A stretch of DNA of 63,433 bases, filler included, from Rozella allomycis CSF55 (Eukaryota), in the NCBI GenBank assembly GCA_000442015.1. It is 8 parts of 8 records of this genome, joined end to end, with 100 filler letters (N's around TTAATTAATTAA, not from the genome) between each part and the next. Parts side by side here need not be neighbours in the genome. Positions count along the whole stretch, not along the records: positions 12,827 to 30,838 come from KE561004.1; 7 more parts are not named here. One strand, given 5' to 3'. Each line of letters begins with the position of its first letter. Position 1 is the stretch's first letter. Position numbers and translations under genes: made by a program. Positions 13,219 to 23,977 of this stretch are shown here, piece after piece. The notes beneath the pieces were generated by a model. The model was not told the DNA's origin. It ran no database searches and saw only the letters and a list, made by a program, of their open reading frames with translations.

Positions 13219-13258
13219 CACCCGGGGTGTGCTTCACCCCTGGCAAAAAAGTCGGGGT
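13219..13258 (+). repeat. Left terminal inverted repeat with palindrome CACCC-G-GGGTG
   Basis: CACCCGGGGTGTGCTTCACCCCTGGCAAAAAAGTCGGGG versus the reverse complement of the right end, CACCCCGGGTGTGGCACGCCCCTTTAGAAAACCGGG. Confidence 0.55.
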
Positions 13259-13666
13259 AATGAAGAAGTATGATTGGGGGATGCTGGGATGCACCAAAAT
13301 GTCACATGTCACGTCAAATTTTATGTACATTTGAGAGGGTTAGCGTTTAGTCTAAATATATCTTTCTACTTAGAATATTTGAAAAAAATCACATTTGTCA
13401 TCAACATTTAAAATCAAAATATTGATACACTGTATTAAATTTAGCATAAATAAAAAGTCCATGGCCTTGTATAATACTCTTTGTAACTTTATCTTTGAAT
13501 ATACAATACATGTGATATCCTTTATGAATTTATACCTTGTAAATCTCTGACTTTATTTAGCCAAAAGTCGACATCCAAATATGGAAACCTTTTGTCTAAA
13601 ATACATGCGGCATCATATTATTGAACTCCTATATTACCTTAAATAGTCCGCCCCTGACTTAACCAC

Positions 13667-14238
13667 ATGTCTGCGCCAAACTTTATGGACAGTTTGTTGA
13701 CTGAGTATAGCGCACATATGATATGTTTTTTCGCAAGTTTAAAAGATATGAGTCTACATGGTTCGGTTTTAAAGGAGCGAATTTTAGCCGAATCTAAGCT
13801 TTTCCAATACGCACTTGGTGTTTCCAGATCAGGTCAAGACAAAATACAACTTGCGTGTAGCAAGACACGTTATCTAATTGTCCTGCTATCGTGCGTATAA
13901 ATTGCACTCAAAACGGTTGGGGTATTGGCGCACATGTTTTTGAACATAATCATCCTCCATCAAAGGATGTTAACTTTGAAGTATTTGATATTCAAGAATC
14001 TTTACGAGCGTTTGTGCAAGCACACATGAACTCCTTTCGACAAGGTTCTTCCCTTATCTACAATATCGCAAAAAGTCCGATCCTTAAGAACTAAAATATT
14101 TGGCCCAATTGGAAATGAATATGAAAAGCTTATTAAGAATTTAGAAGACGAAAAAGACAAAACCGTTTCAATATTTGTTGATCGTGACTCTCTTGGTACT
14201 GTATTGAATTTTATGTGGGCGGACAAACGTGCGCTCGA
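13667..14238 (+). pseudogene. MULE transposase N-terminal fragment, copy A
   Basis: Near-identical to 14564-15166; C..CPA..W..EHNH FAR1/WRKY-like domain; internal deletion near 14040. Confidence 0.75.
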
Positions 14239-14241
14239 NCT

Positions 14242-14510
14242 TTAGTCTAAAAATATCTTTCTACTTAGAATAATTTTTAAAAATTCACATATGTCGTCAA
14301 TATTTAAAATCAAAATATTGATACACTGTAATAAATTTAGCATCATTAAAAAGTCCACTGCCTTGTCTAATTCACTTTGTAATTTTTTCTTTGTATATAC
14401 AACACATGTGATTTTCTTTATGAATTTATTACCTTGTAAATCTCTGACTTTACTTAGCCAAATATCACCATCCAAATATGGAAACCTTTTGTCTAAAATA
14501 CATGCGGCAA
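14242..14510 (-). CDS. Small divergent ORF of unknown function upstream of the transposase
   Basis: ~77-90 codons open here; a frameshifted homolog at ~13350-13610 carries mostly conservative changes. Confidence 0.3.
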
Positions 14511-14563
14511 CATATTATTGAACTCCTTTTTTACCTTAAATAGTCCGCCCCTGACTTAACCAC

Positions 14564-16470
14564 ATGTCTGCGCCAAACTTTATGGACAGTTTGTTGACTG
14601 AGTATAGCGCACATATGATATGTTTTTTCGCAAGTTTAAAAGATATGAGTCTACATGGTTCGGTTTTAAAGGAGCGAATTTTAGCCGAATCTAAGCTTTT
14701 CCAATACGCACTTGGTGTTTCCAGATCAGGTCAAGACAAAATACAACTTGCGTGTAGCAAGACACGTTATCTAATTGTCCTGCTATCGTGCGTATAAATT
14801 GCACTCAAAACGGTTGGGGTATTGGCGCACATGTTTTTGAACATAATCATCCTCCATCAAAGGATGTTAACTTTGAAGTATTTGATATTCAAGAATCTTT
14901 ACGAGCGTTTGTGCAAGCACACATGAACTCCTTTCAAATCCATACCGCCCTAAAAACTATGTACCCTGACAAGGTTCTTCCCTTGTCTACAATATCGCAA
15001 AAAGTCCGATCGTTGAGAACTGAAATATTTGGCCCAATAGGAAATGAATATGAAAAGCTTATTAAGAATTTAGAAGACGACAAGGACAAGACCGTGTCAA
15101 TTTTTGTTGAACGTGATTCTCTTGGTACTGTATTGAATTTTATGTGGGCGGACAAACGTGCGCTCGACATTGTTGCCTCCCCTAAGTGTGATATTTTGTT
15201 AATTTATACCACTTATAAAGTAACAAAGTTTGATCAGTCTTTAGCGCTTTTTTTGTCAATGGACAAGCATGGAAATTATTACATAGTTTGTGCTGCAATG
15301 ATCGCGTTGGAAGATGCAAACACCTTTTAATGGAGTTTTCATAATCTTATGGAGTGTTGCCCTTCTTTTTCTTTGTCCACCACAGTAGTCTTCACTGAAA
15401 ATGACGCAGCAATGACTTTGGCATTTGAAAGTTTTCCGTTCGTAGCGCATTATTTAGATTTGTTCCATTTTATACAATGTCGTGATCGTCACCTACGTTT
15501 TAAGATGCGAAATTATCACACATTCAAAACAAGAATATGTAAATTGGTGAAGTCGGAGGAATCATCTATTGTCACATTGGAACTCGATAAATTGAAACGC
15601 GATCACGCTACTGCCGGTCGCCAATATATAAACACATATGTTAAACCAATACTACCTAAAGTGTGTGTTAAAGACCGAAGCCAGTACTTTGATTTAGGTC
15701 AGTCAGGAAGAAATTCTTGTGAGGATTTAATAGATTGGTCAAAAGTTATGGAGCTAACTTTAACTCACCTGCCTTATCCATAGTTCAAATTCATTCTGGA
15801 CTATATATTTGAAACGTACACCTACAAAAATCAGTGCCTTGTTGCTAAAACTCAAACATTGTTGAAAAGGAGTGACTTACGTGAAATGGAAAAGTCTCTC
15901 AAAATGTCCTTAGGAGTTTACGCTGAAACAAAGTTAATTAAACAATACGTAAATCTATTAGTAACACGCTAACCACATCAACTGACAACTGTTCTTTTGC
16001 AATAGTGGATTGCACAGGCCAAGGTTTTACTGTGCAAATCTATGACGATGCTACTTCCTTCAAGTGTTCGTGTGGCTATGTCCAGCGCAAAGTCATACCT
16101 TGCTGCATATTATATCGGTAAAACAAAAATTGGGCAAGCCGGTTACATACACTTATTGCATTAAACGTTGACATCTAGGTATCGAACCAATTACGTCCAC
16201 CTCCATTGAGGGCGCCACTACTACCACGCAACGCGCGCACACAACTATTCGCCACTATCACTTACAATTACTGTCATAACATAAACTTATCTACAACAAA
16301 ACGTACCACGACCTTGATGCGATTAAAGCTGCTACAGACGGATATCGTACTACCTTCACCTCCATTTTTCCAGGTACGCCCATTGATGGCCACAATGTGT
16401 CAACGGATCCGACTCTTCGAAAGGATAAAGTAAGACGACTTCGCAAACATTTAGCAAAAAAGAAACAATA
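14564..16470 (+). pseudogene. Mutator/MULE DDE transposase with SWIM finger, copy B (disrupted)
   Basis: EHNH domain, LLIYTTYKV (catalytic D to Y), VFTEND, HYLDLFH, NSCE, CSCGY..PC; stop at 15328 and frameshifts. Confidence 0.85.
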
Positions 16471-16486
16471 AATATTAATTGTTTTA

Positions 16487-16925
16487 TTAAAATATCGGCT
16501 TACGATCGTTAAGACCATTTTGATTTTTGCGTTTAAATGCGTATGTACAGTCTTCGGGATAGATTATGTACAAATCACCGTTGCTCACATTAACACCAAT
16601 GCCATTGCCATGAGGGCTTTCATCGTACCATATGCCACACACCTTGTCATTAATCTTGTTTTTAAAATGAGCTAATAATGCATCAATAATGTTATTGTCA
16701 TTTTCCAAATTTAACTTGCAACTTATTTGTTTTAGTACCTTCTTCGGATTGCATGATAAGGAAGCGCAGTGAATTGGAACATGACCGTCAATCTCGCATG
16801 AATGTATTATGCTGCTGGACTCTGGAAAAGTTATAAGAGTCCTTCGAAAATTCTCTAAATTATATGACATTGTCGATTCTAAACTTTGTTTGCCGAAACC
16901 AAACTTTTTAGATTTCCAAAGTCTG
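16487..16925 (-). CDS. PrimPol-like protein, C-terminal half (second copy, cut by N join)
   Basis: RLWKSKKFG... near-identical to 18259-18690; retains the 5 bp missing from the other copy. Confidence 0.75.
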
Positions 16926-16926
16926 A

Positions 16927-18243
16927 NGGCGCTAGACATATTTGCCTCCACTAAGTGTGATATTTTATTAATTGACACAACGTATAAAGTAACAAAGTTT
17001 GATCAGTCTTTAGCGCTTTTATTGTCAATGGACAAGCATGGACATTATTACATAGTTTGTGCTGCAATGATCGCGTTGGAAGATGCAAACACTTTTCAAT
17101 GGATTTTTCATAATCTTATAGAGTGTTGCCCTACTTTTGCTTTGTCCACGACAGTAGTCTTCACTGACAATGACGCAGCAATGACTTTGGCATTTGAAAG
17201 TTTCCCGTTCGTAGCGCATTATCTAGATTTGTTCCTTTTTACAATGTCTTGATCGCAACCTACGCTTTAAGATGCGTAATTATCAAACATTCAAAACGAG
17301 GATATGTAAATTGGTGAAGTCAGACGAATCATCCATTGTCACATTGGAACTCGATAAATTGAAACGGGACCACGCGGTTACAACTGCCGGTCGCCAATAT
17401 ATAGACACATACGTTAAACCTATACTACCTAAAGTGTGTGTTAAAGACCGAAGCCAGTACTTTGATTTAGGTCAGTCAGGAACAAATTCGTGTGAAGCAT
17501 TTAATAGAGTTGTCAAAAGTTATGGGGCTAACTTTAACTCCCCTGCCCTATCCATAATTCAAATTCTTGACTATATATTTGAAACGTACAGCTATAAAAA
17601 TCAGTGCCTAATAGCGAAAACGCAAACATTGTTGAAGAAAAGTGACTTAACTCAAATGGAAAAGTCTCTCAAATTGTCGTTAGGAGTTTACGCTGAAACA
17701 AAGTTAATTAAACAAATACGTAAGTCTATTAGTAACACGTTAACCACATCTACCGATAACGGTTCTTTTGCAATAGTGGATTGCATAGGCCAACGTTTTA
17801 CGGTTCAAGTCTATGACGATGTAGCTAGCTTCAAGTGTTCGTGTGGCTATTTTCAGCGCAAAGGCGTACCTTGCTGCCATATTATCTCGGTAAAACAGAA
17901 ATTGGGCAAGCCGGTTACATACACTGATTGCATTAAACGTTGGCATATAGGTGTCGAGCCAAGTGCGTCTATGTCCATTGAGGGCACCACTACCACCACT
18001 CAACGCGCGCACACAAATATTCGCCATTATCGCTTACAATTACTGTCATTACATAAACTTATCTACAACAAGACGTACCACGACCTTGATGCGATTAAAG
18101 CTGCTGCCGAAGGATATCGTACTACGTTCTCCTCCCTTTTTCCAGGTACGCCCCTTGATGTCCACAATATTTCAACGGATCCGACGCTTCGTAAGGATAA
18201 ATTAAGACGGCTTCGCAAACATTTAGGAAAAAAGAAACAATAA
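16927..18243 (+). pseudogene. Mutator/MULE DDE transposase with SWIM finger, copy C
   Basis: LLIDTTYKV, VFTDNDAAM, TNSCEAFN (D-D-E), CSCGYFQRKGVPCCH (SWIM), IKRWH; frameshift and stop near 17235-17252. Confidence 0.88.
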
Positions 18244-18258
18244 ATGTTAATGGTTTTA

Positions 18259-19411
18259 TTAAAATATTGGCTTACGATCGACAAGACCAACTTGATTTTT
18301 ACGTTTAAATGCGAATGTACAGTCTTCGGGATAGATTATGTACAAATCACCGTTGCTCACATTAACACCAATGCCATTGCCATGAGGGCTTTCATCGTAC
18401 CATATGCCACACACCTTGTCATTAATCTTGTTTTTAAAATGAGCTAATAATGCATCAATAATGTTATTGTCATTTTCCAAATTTAACTTGCAACTTATTT
18501 GTTTTAGTACCTTCTTCGGATTGCATGATAAGGAAGCGCAGTGAATTGGAACATGACCGTCAATCTCGCATGCATGTATTATGCTGCTGGACTCTGGAAA
18601 AGTTATAAGAGTCCTTCGAAAATTCTCTAAATTATATGACATTGTCGATTCTAAACTTTGTTTGCCGAAACCAAACTTTTTAGATTTCCATGAAGTTTTG
18701 ATTCGCGTTATACACTGCAACATCAAATAAGAAATGCAAATCTTCAACGTCGCGGTAAGGAATTAGTAGAGGCATGCGGCCAGTTTTCGAAAGAATATTA
18801 TGTACTCCTTGACCCGTCAACCCATCGTTTTCATATATTGGATATTCAACTTCATATAGTAAATTTATCAACCAACGCACCAGTGCCATACAATGTTCAA
18901 TGGAAGGGAACACAATGTCTGGATAGATCAAATGCAAACTAAATTTTTCTGGGCTGCATGCATCTAGAACAATAACATTGTCAACAATACGTTCTGCAGT
19001 TATTATTCCCATGGACTTCAATATTTCCGTAAGGTACCAATTGAGGCTACTAACCACCTTATCTGGCGTTACTAATTCTTTAAAAGTATCATTAACAGAA
19101 TCGTATACACAGTCAATATCAAGATAGAACTTTACAGGACATCCTTTGCGAATAATTTCATAGCAAGTCTTATTCTCTGCGCTCAAGGATGAGTAATAAT
19201 TGTAAAACGTTTCTAAATTTGTTGCACCAAATTTTCGAGCCCCAGACGAATTCACCTCCCTCCCTATTATCAAAGCGTCATCCAGTATATCCAGGGCACT
19301 TTTTAAGCATGTTTTGAGACTCCCCTGCCACGTGATGTCCGCTCGTAACTTTTTCAATTGAAAGAGCTCAATCGCTGACGGTTTAACCAAAGGTCTTTTG
19401 GAGTTTGACAT
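18259..19411 (-). CDS. PrimPol-clade archaeo-eukaryotic primase-polymerase (this copy has a 5-bp frameshift at ~18690)
   Basis: CYEII..PVKFYLDID (motif I), KFSLHLI (motif II SxH), FDVAVYNANQNF-RLWKS (motif III); no evident introns. Confidence 0.88.
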
Positions 19412-19526
19412 GAAATTATTCCGATATTTTGTCGGCGACTTTTATGATTCATCGGTAATTATTTTATTGGTCCCAACACATGCTTTTGTTCTTACTCTTG
19501 CTAATTTTAAAATTACCGGGCTTTTC

Positions 19527-20798
19527 ATGGGTAATAGAGGCCGACATTTTGTGATTAAACTATCTCACACCTCTAGCGATCAATCTATTGACGACCTTTA
19601 CTCTGTGGTACAGGAGGCAACAATGGCGCGCGTACGAGAGACACATAATTCCATCTTAGACCTAGAAGCTGTTGCAAGTACAAGTAGTAACGACGATTCT
19701 ATGCAACTATGCCTGATCGGATTCCTCGACGACGAGAATATGAAAAGCCTCTTTTTATCGTTTAAGAATACAAAACGAATTGGGAAGCACTTTACAAATG
19801 TTATGTTGGCACATAACATCGACGTACTTGATGTAAAGGCAAAAAAGGGAAAGTTGTCAGATCTCTCCTCAACATTTTGTTCTGATTGTGCCAACAATGT
19901 CTCGGTTATGTGCGGCTCTATCCCTTCAGCCAGATCATCTCGTGCATCATCCACTCATGCAATCACTATGATTCAGTTTTACCAACTAGCAAATGAGTAC
20001 AAATTTGTGGACGAAACAAGCCTCTATGCATTTATTCAACAGCACCTCTCCTCACCAGATCCTACTCTCCAAAGTAATGCCCTCAAGTTACAGCAATTTG
20101 TCAATAAGAATAGTTTTTCCAAAAGTATGAGAATACGAGTAGCAGAGGCAATTTGTTGGGGCAATGCGACCTATAAAGAACTCAGACGACAAAAATCAAG
20201 AATGCAATTACTAAGAGAGGCCTGTCCTCTTGACAGGCCATATGATGTAGACAATATTTACCGAATTTTACAGAATCATAATGTAGATATTACGCATTTT
20301 AAAAATGGTGTATTAAAGTACATTTTTGATGATGTTTCAAATGCGAAACAGCGATTGTGTATTATTGGGCCATCAAATACTGGTAAAAGCAGAATATTAC
20401 AAGGTTTATCTGAAATTTTAAACACTGAAACATTTATAAGTGAAAACACAGTTTACAAATTCAAACCCTTGCTTAATGCGGAGCTAATTGTCATTCCGGA
20501 GTTACAGAAACTTCTTGACTCTCGTGTTCTCAAAGAAACTGCGCTATTAGCTTTGCTATCTGAGTCCAGCTCGTTAAATATTCCAGTAAGCAGTGACGGC
20601 ACGCAGCACAAACTGAAGCAAGACCTCCCAATTTTCATTATGAACCAGTCATCACGTTTTTTATCTTTCAGTGACCTTCCTTCGCTAAATAACCGGTTAA
20701 GCATTGTTCGATTTAGCGGCCCACCATTTTCGAGCAACTTACAGATTCCAATCAGTGGCAAGGCACTCGCGTATTTTCTGTTACGTGATCAACAATAA
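19527..20798 (+). CDS. Superfamily 3 helicase (viral Rep/NS1/E1-like), intact ORF
   Basis: LCIIGPSNTGKS (Walker A), LIVIPEL (Walker B), PIFIMNQ (motif C), LNNRL (Arg finger); likely ATG at 19527, matching the start of the second copy. Confidence 0.88.
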   Translation: MGNRGRHFVIKLSHTSSDQSIDDLYSVVQEATMARVRETHNSILDLEAVASTSSNDDSMQLCLIGFLDDENMKSLFLSFKNTKRIGKHFTNVMLAHNIDVLDVKAKKGKLSDLSSTFCSDCANNVSVMCGSIPSARSSRASSTHAITMIQFYQLANEYKFVDETSLYAFIQQHLSSPDPTLQSNALKLQQFVNKNSFSKSMRIRVAEAICWGNATYKELRRQKSRMQLLREACPLDRPYDVDNIYRILQNHNVDITHFKNGVLKYIFDDVSNAKQRLCIIGPSNTGKSRILQGLSEILNTETFISENTVYKFKPLLNAELIVIPELQKLLDSRVLKETALLALLSESSSLNIPVSSDGTQHKLKQDLPIFIMNQSSRFLSFSDLPSLNNRLSIVRFSGPPFSSNLQIPISGKALAYFLLRDQQ

Positions 20799-20878
20799 AT
20801 GAAACTATATATTAAATATCTAACGCACGCATGTGCAGACCCCTCAGACCTTCCCGGTACCCCCCGCCTTTTTAAGAC

Positions 20879-21480
20879 CCTACCTTCCGCACACACGTAA
20901 TTGATGCTTTCTTATTATCTCAATATCAATGATTATATTCCCTATCTTTGACTGCACCACTCAACCAGGCGACATACATAAGTGCGACCTGACACCCATC
21001 TTTCAAATCCGTCGCCTCAAACCTATCTAAATTATTATAATTAGATATTGGAAACAACATTGTTTAAGGTGACATCAATCTCATAGTCAATTTGTTATAC
21101 TGCTGTCACTAGGCACTTTGTACAAAGTATACCACGTTTTTGAGATCCTACCTTCCGCACACACGTAATTGATGCTTTCTTATTATCTCAATATCAATGA
21201 TTATACTCCCTATCTTTGACTGCACCACTCAACCAGGCGACATACATAAGTGCGACCTGACACCCATCTTTCAAATCCGTCGCCTCAAACCTATCTAAAT
21301 TATTAGATTTAGATATTGGAAACAACATTTTTTAAGGTGACATCAATCTCATAGTCAATTTGTTATACAGCTGTCACTAGGCACTGTGTAAAAAGTATAC
21401 CACGTTTATGAGATCCTACCTTCCGCACACATGTAATTATTCCTTTCATATTATCTCAATATCAATGATTGCATTCTTTT
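20879..21480. repeat. 268-bp tandem repeat, ~2.2 units
   Basis: cctaccttccgcac recurs at 20879, 21147 and 21415. Confidence 0.9.
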
Positions 21481-21697
21481 TTTCTGACTGTACATTTCGT
21501 CCAAGCGACAGGCAGCAGTGACTTGCTATCACGATTCCTACTTTGTCATTATCATTTGGTAATACGACTTTCATAGATTTTGACACATAACTATCTCGCC
21601 CAGCGTATCCAAATAAAAGAGCCGTCATTTTTATAGTTTTTGTTTAAAAGAGTGACCCTGGCTCTCTTTTTAATGAGGAAAACAGTTTACAGNGTTC

Positions 21698-22957
21698 ATG
21701 GGTAATAGAGGTCGGCATTTTGTGATTAAACTATCCCACACCGCTAGCGATCAATGTATTGACGACCTGTACTCTGTTGTACAGGAGGCGACAATGGCGC
21801 GTGAACGAGAGACACATAATTCCATCTTGGATCTAGAAGCTGTTGCAACTACACGTAGTAACGATTCATTGCAACTATGCCTGATTGGATCCCACGACGA
21901 CGAGAAAATGAAAAGCCTCTTTATATCGTTTACGAATACAAAACGAATAGGTAAGCACTTTACAAATGTTATGTTGGCACATAAAATCGACGTACTTGAT
22001 GTAAAGGCAAAGAAGGGAAAGTTGTCAGATCTCTCCTCAACATTTCGTTCTGAGTGTGCCAACAATGTCTCGGTTATGTGCGGCTCTATCCAATCAGCCA
22101 GATCATCTCGCGCATCATCCACTCATGCAATCACAATAATTCAGTTTCACCAAATAGCGAATGAGAACAAATTTGTGGACGAAACCAGCCTTTATGCATT
22201 TATTCAACAACACCTATCCTCACCAGATCCTACTCTCCAAAGTAATGCCCTCAAGTTACAGCTATTTGTCAATAAGAATAGTTTTTCAAAACGTATGAGA
22301 ATACGAGTAGAGGAAGCAATTTGTTGGGGCAATGCGACCTATAAGGGCAAAAATCAAGAATGCAATTACTAAGAGACGCCTGTCCTCTTGACAGGCCATA
22401 TGATGTAGACATTATTTACCGCATTTTACAGAATCATAATGTTAATATTACTTATTTTACAACTGTCATATTGAGGTACATTTTTGATGACGTATCAAAT
22501 GCAAAAGAGCGATTGTGTATTATTGGCCCATCAAACACTGGTAATAGCAGAATATTACAAGGCATATCTGAAATTTTAAATACTGAAACTTTTATCAGCG
22601 AAAACACAGTTTACAAATTCAAGTCCCTTCCTTAATGCGGAGGTAATTGTCATTCCAGAATTACAGAAACTACGTGACTCTCGTGTACTCAAAGAAACTG
22701 CGCTATTAGATTTACTTTCGGAGTCCCGCTAATTAAATATTCCAGTAAGCAGTGACGGCACGCAGCACAAACTGAAGCAAGACCTCCCAATTTTCATTAT
22801 GAACCCGTCAACACGTCTTATATCTTTCAGTGACCTTCCATCGCTAAATAACCGGTTAAGCATTGTTCGATTTAGCGGCCCCCCTTCTTCGAGCAACTTA
22901 CAAATTCCAATAAGTGGCAAGGCGCTCGCGTATTGCCTGTTACGTGATCAAAAATAA
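21698..22957 (+). pseudogene. Second SF3 helicase copy, frameshifted
   Basis: Closely similar to 19527-20798; deletion near 22345, Walker A GNS instead of GKS, frameshift near 22625. Confidence 0.88.
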
Positions 22958-23058
22958 ATGTAACTGTACACTAAATATCTAATGTACGCACACATTTTTA
23001 CTCTCAAAAGAACACACTCTTCAGCCTCCCGGTAATCCATCACCTCCTTTTTTTAGAG

Positions 23059-23465
23059 CCTACCCTCCGCATTCACCTCATTTATGCTTTCATATTATCT
23101 CAATATCAATGATTGAATTCCCTATCTTTGACTGCACCACTCGACCAAGCGACATACATAAGTGCGAAATGACACCCATCGTTCAGATCCTTGGCCTCAA
23201 ACCTATCTAAATTATTATATTTATATACTGGAAACAACATTGTTAAAGGTGACTACAATCTCATAGTCAATTTGTGATACAGCTGGCACTAGGCACTTTG
23301 TACAAAGTATACCACGTTTATGAGATCCTAACTTCCGCACACACGTAATTGATGCTTTCATATATATTATTTCAATATCAATGGTTATACTCCCTATCTT
23401 TGACTGCACCACTTGACTAGGCAACATACATAAGTGCGACCTGACACCCATCTTTCAGATCCTCG
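23059..23465. repeat. Second array of the 268-bp repeat, ~1.5 units
   Basis: Unit starts at 23059 and 23327; truncated by hAT sequence. Confidence 0.85.
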
Positions 23466-23977
23466 CAATATATTTGATGATGAGGATTTCATTGCACGAT
23501 TCAATAACAAGCCGGCAAAACTGAGAAAGGTTAAGGAAATTGTTGATGAAAAGAATTTCTGGATGGAATGCCGGAGGGCCATCACGTTGATTCATCCACT
23601 CAATGACGCTCTAGCTTTATTTATACGTGATGATTGCTCTTTCAGTCTTGTGTATGAGTCATTCTTGAAGTTACTTAAACATCCTGCTTATACACAGCCA
23701 TCTGCAGATGTGTCTGGTTCGGAGAGAAATGCAATTTTGGAGTTAATCAAAGAGCGTTGGAATTTTGTTTATTCAAAGTCGCTGGGCTTTGCTTACTTGC
23801 TGGATCAGACCAAGAGCACTGCTGCCGTTGTTGGCCGTGATTTACAGGACACGATTGAGCAGGCAGTCACGATAATGGAAAGAATGGGGCTCCCGACAGG
23901 AATTACAACAAACGAATTTGGAGCGGCAATTGTCCGTCTTCATTATGAAAAGGCAAGCTGGACTGATGAGGAGAAAC

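Noticed and set aside
19398-19526. TTG-initiated N-terminal extension of the helicase ORF
   Set aside because: It overlaps the PrimPol start, and non-ATG starts are unlikely here; the ATG at 19527 is preferred.
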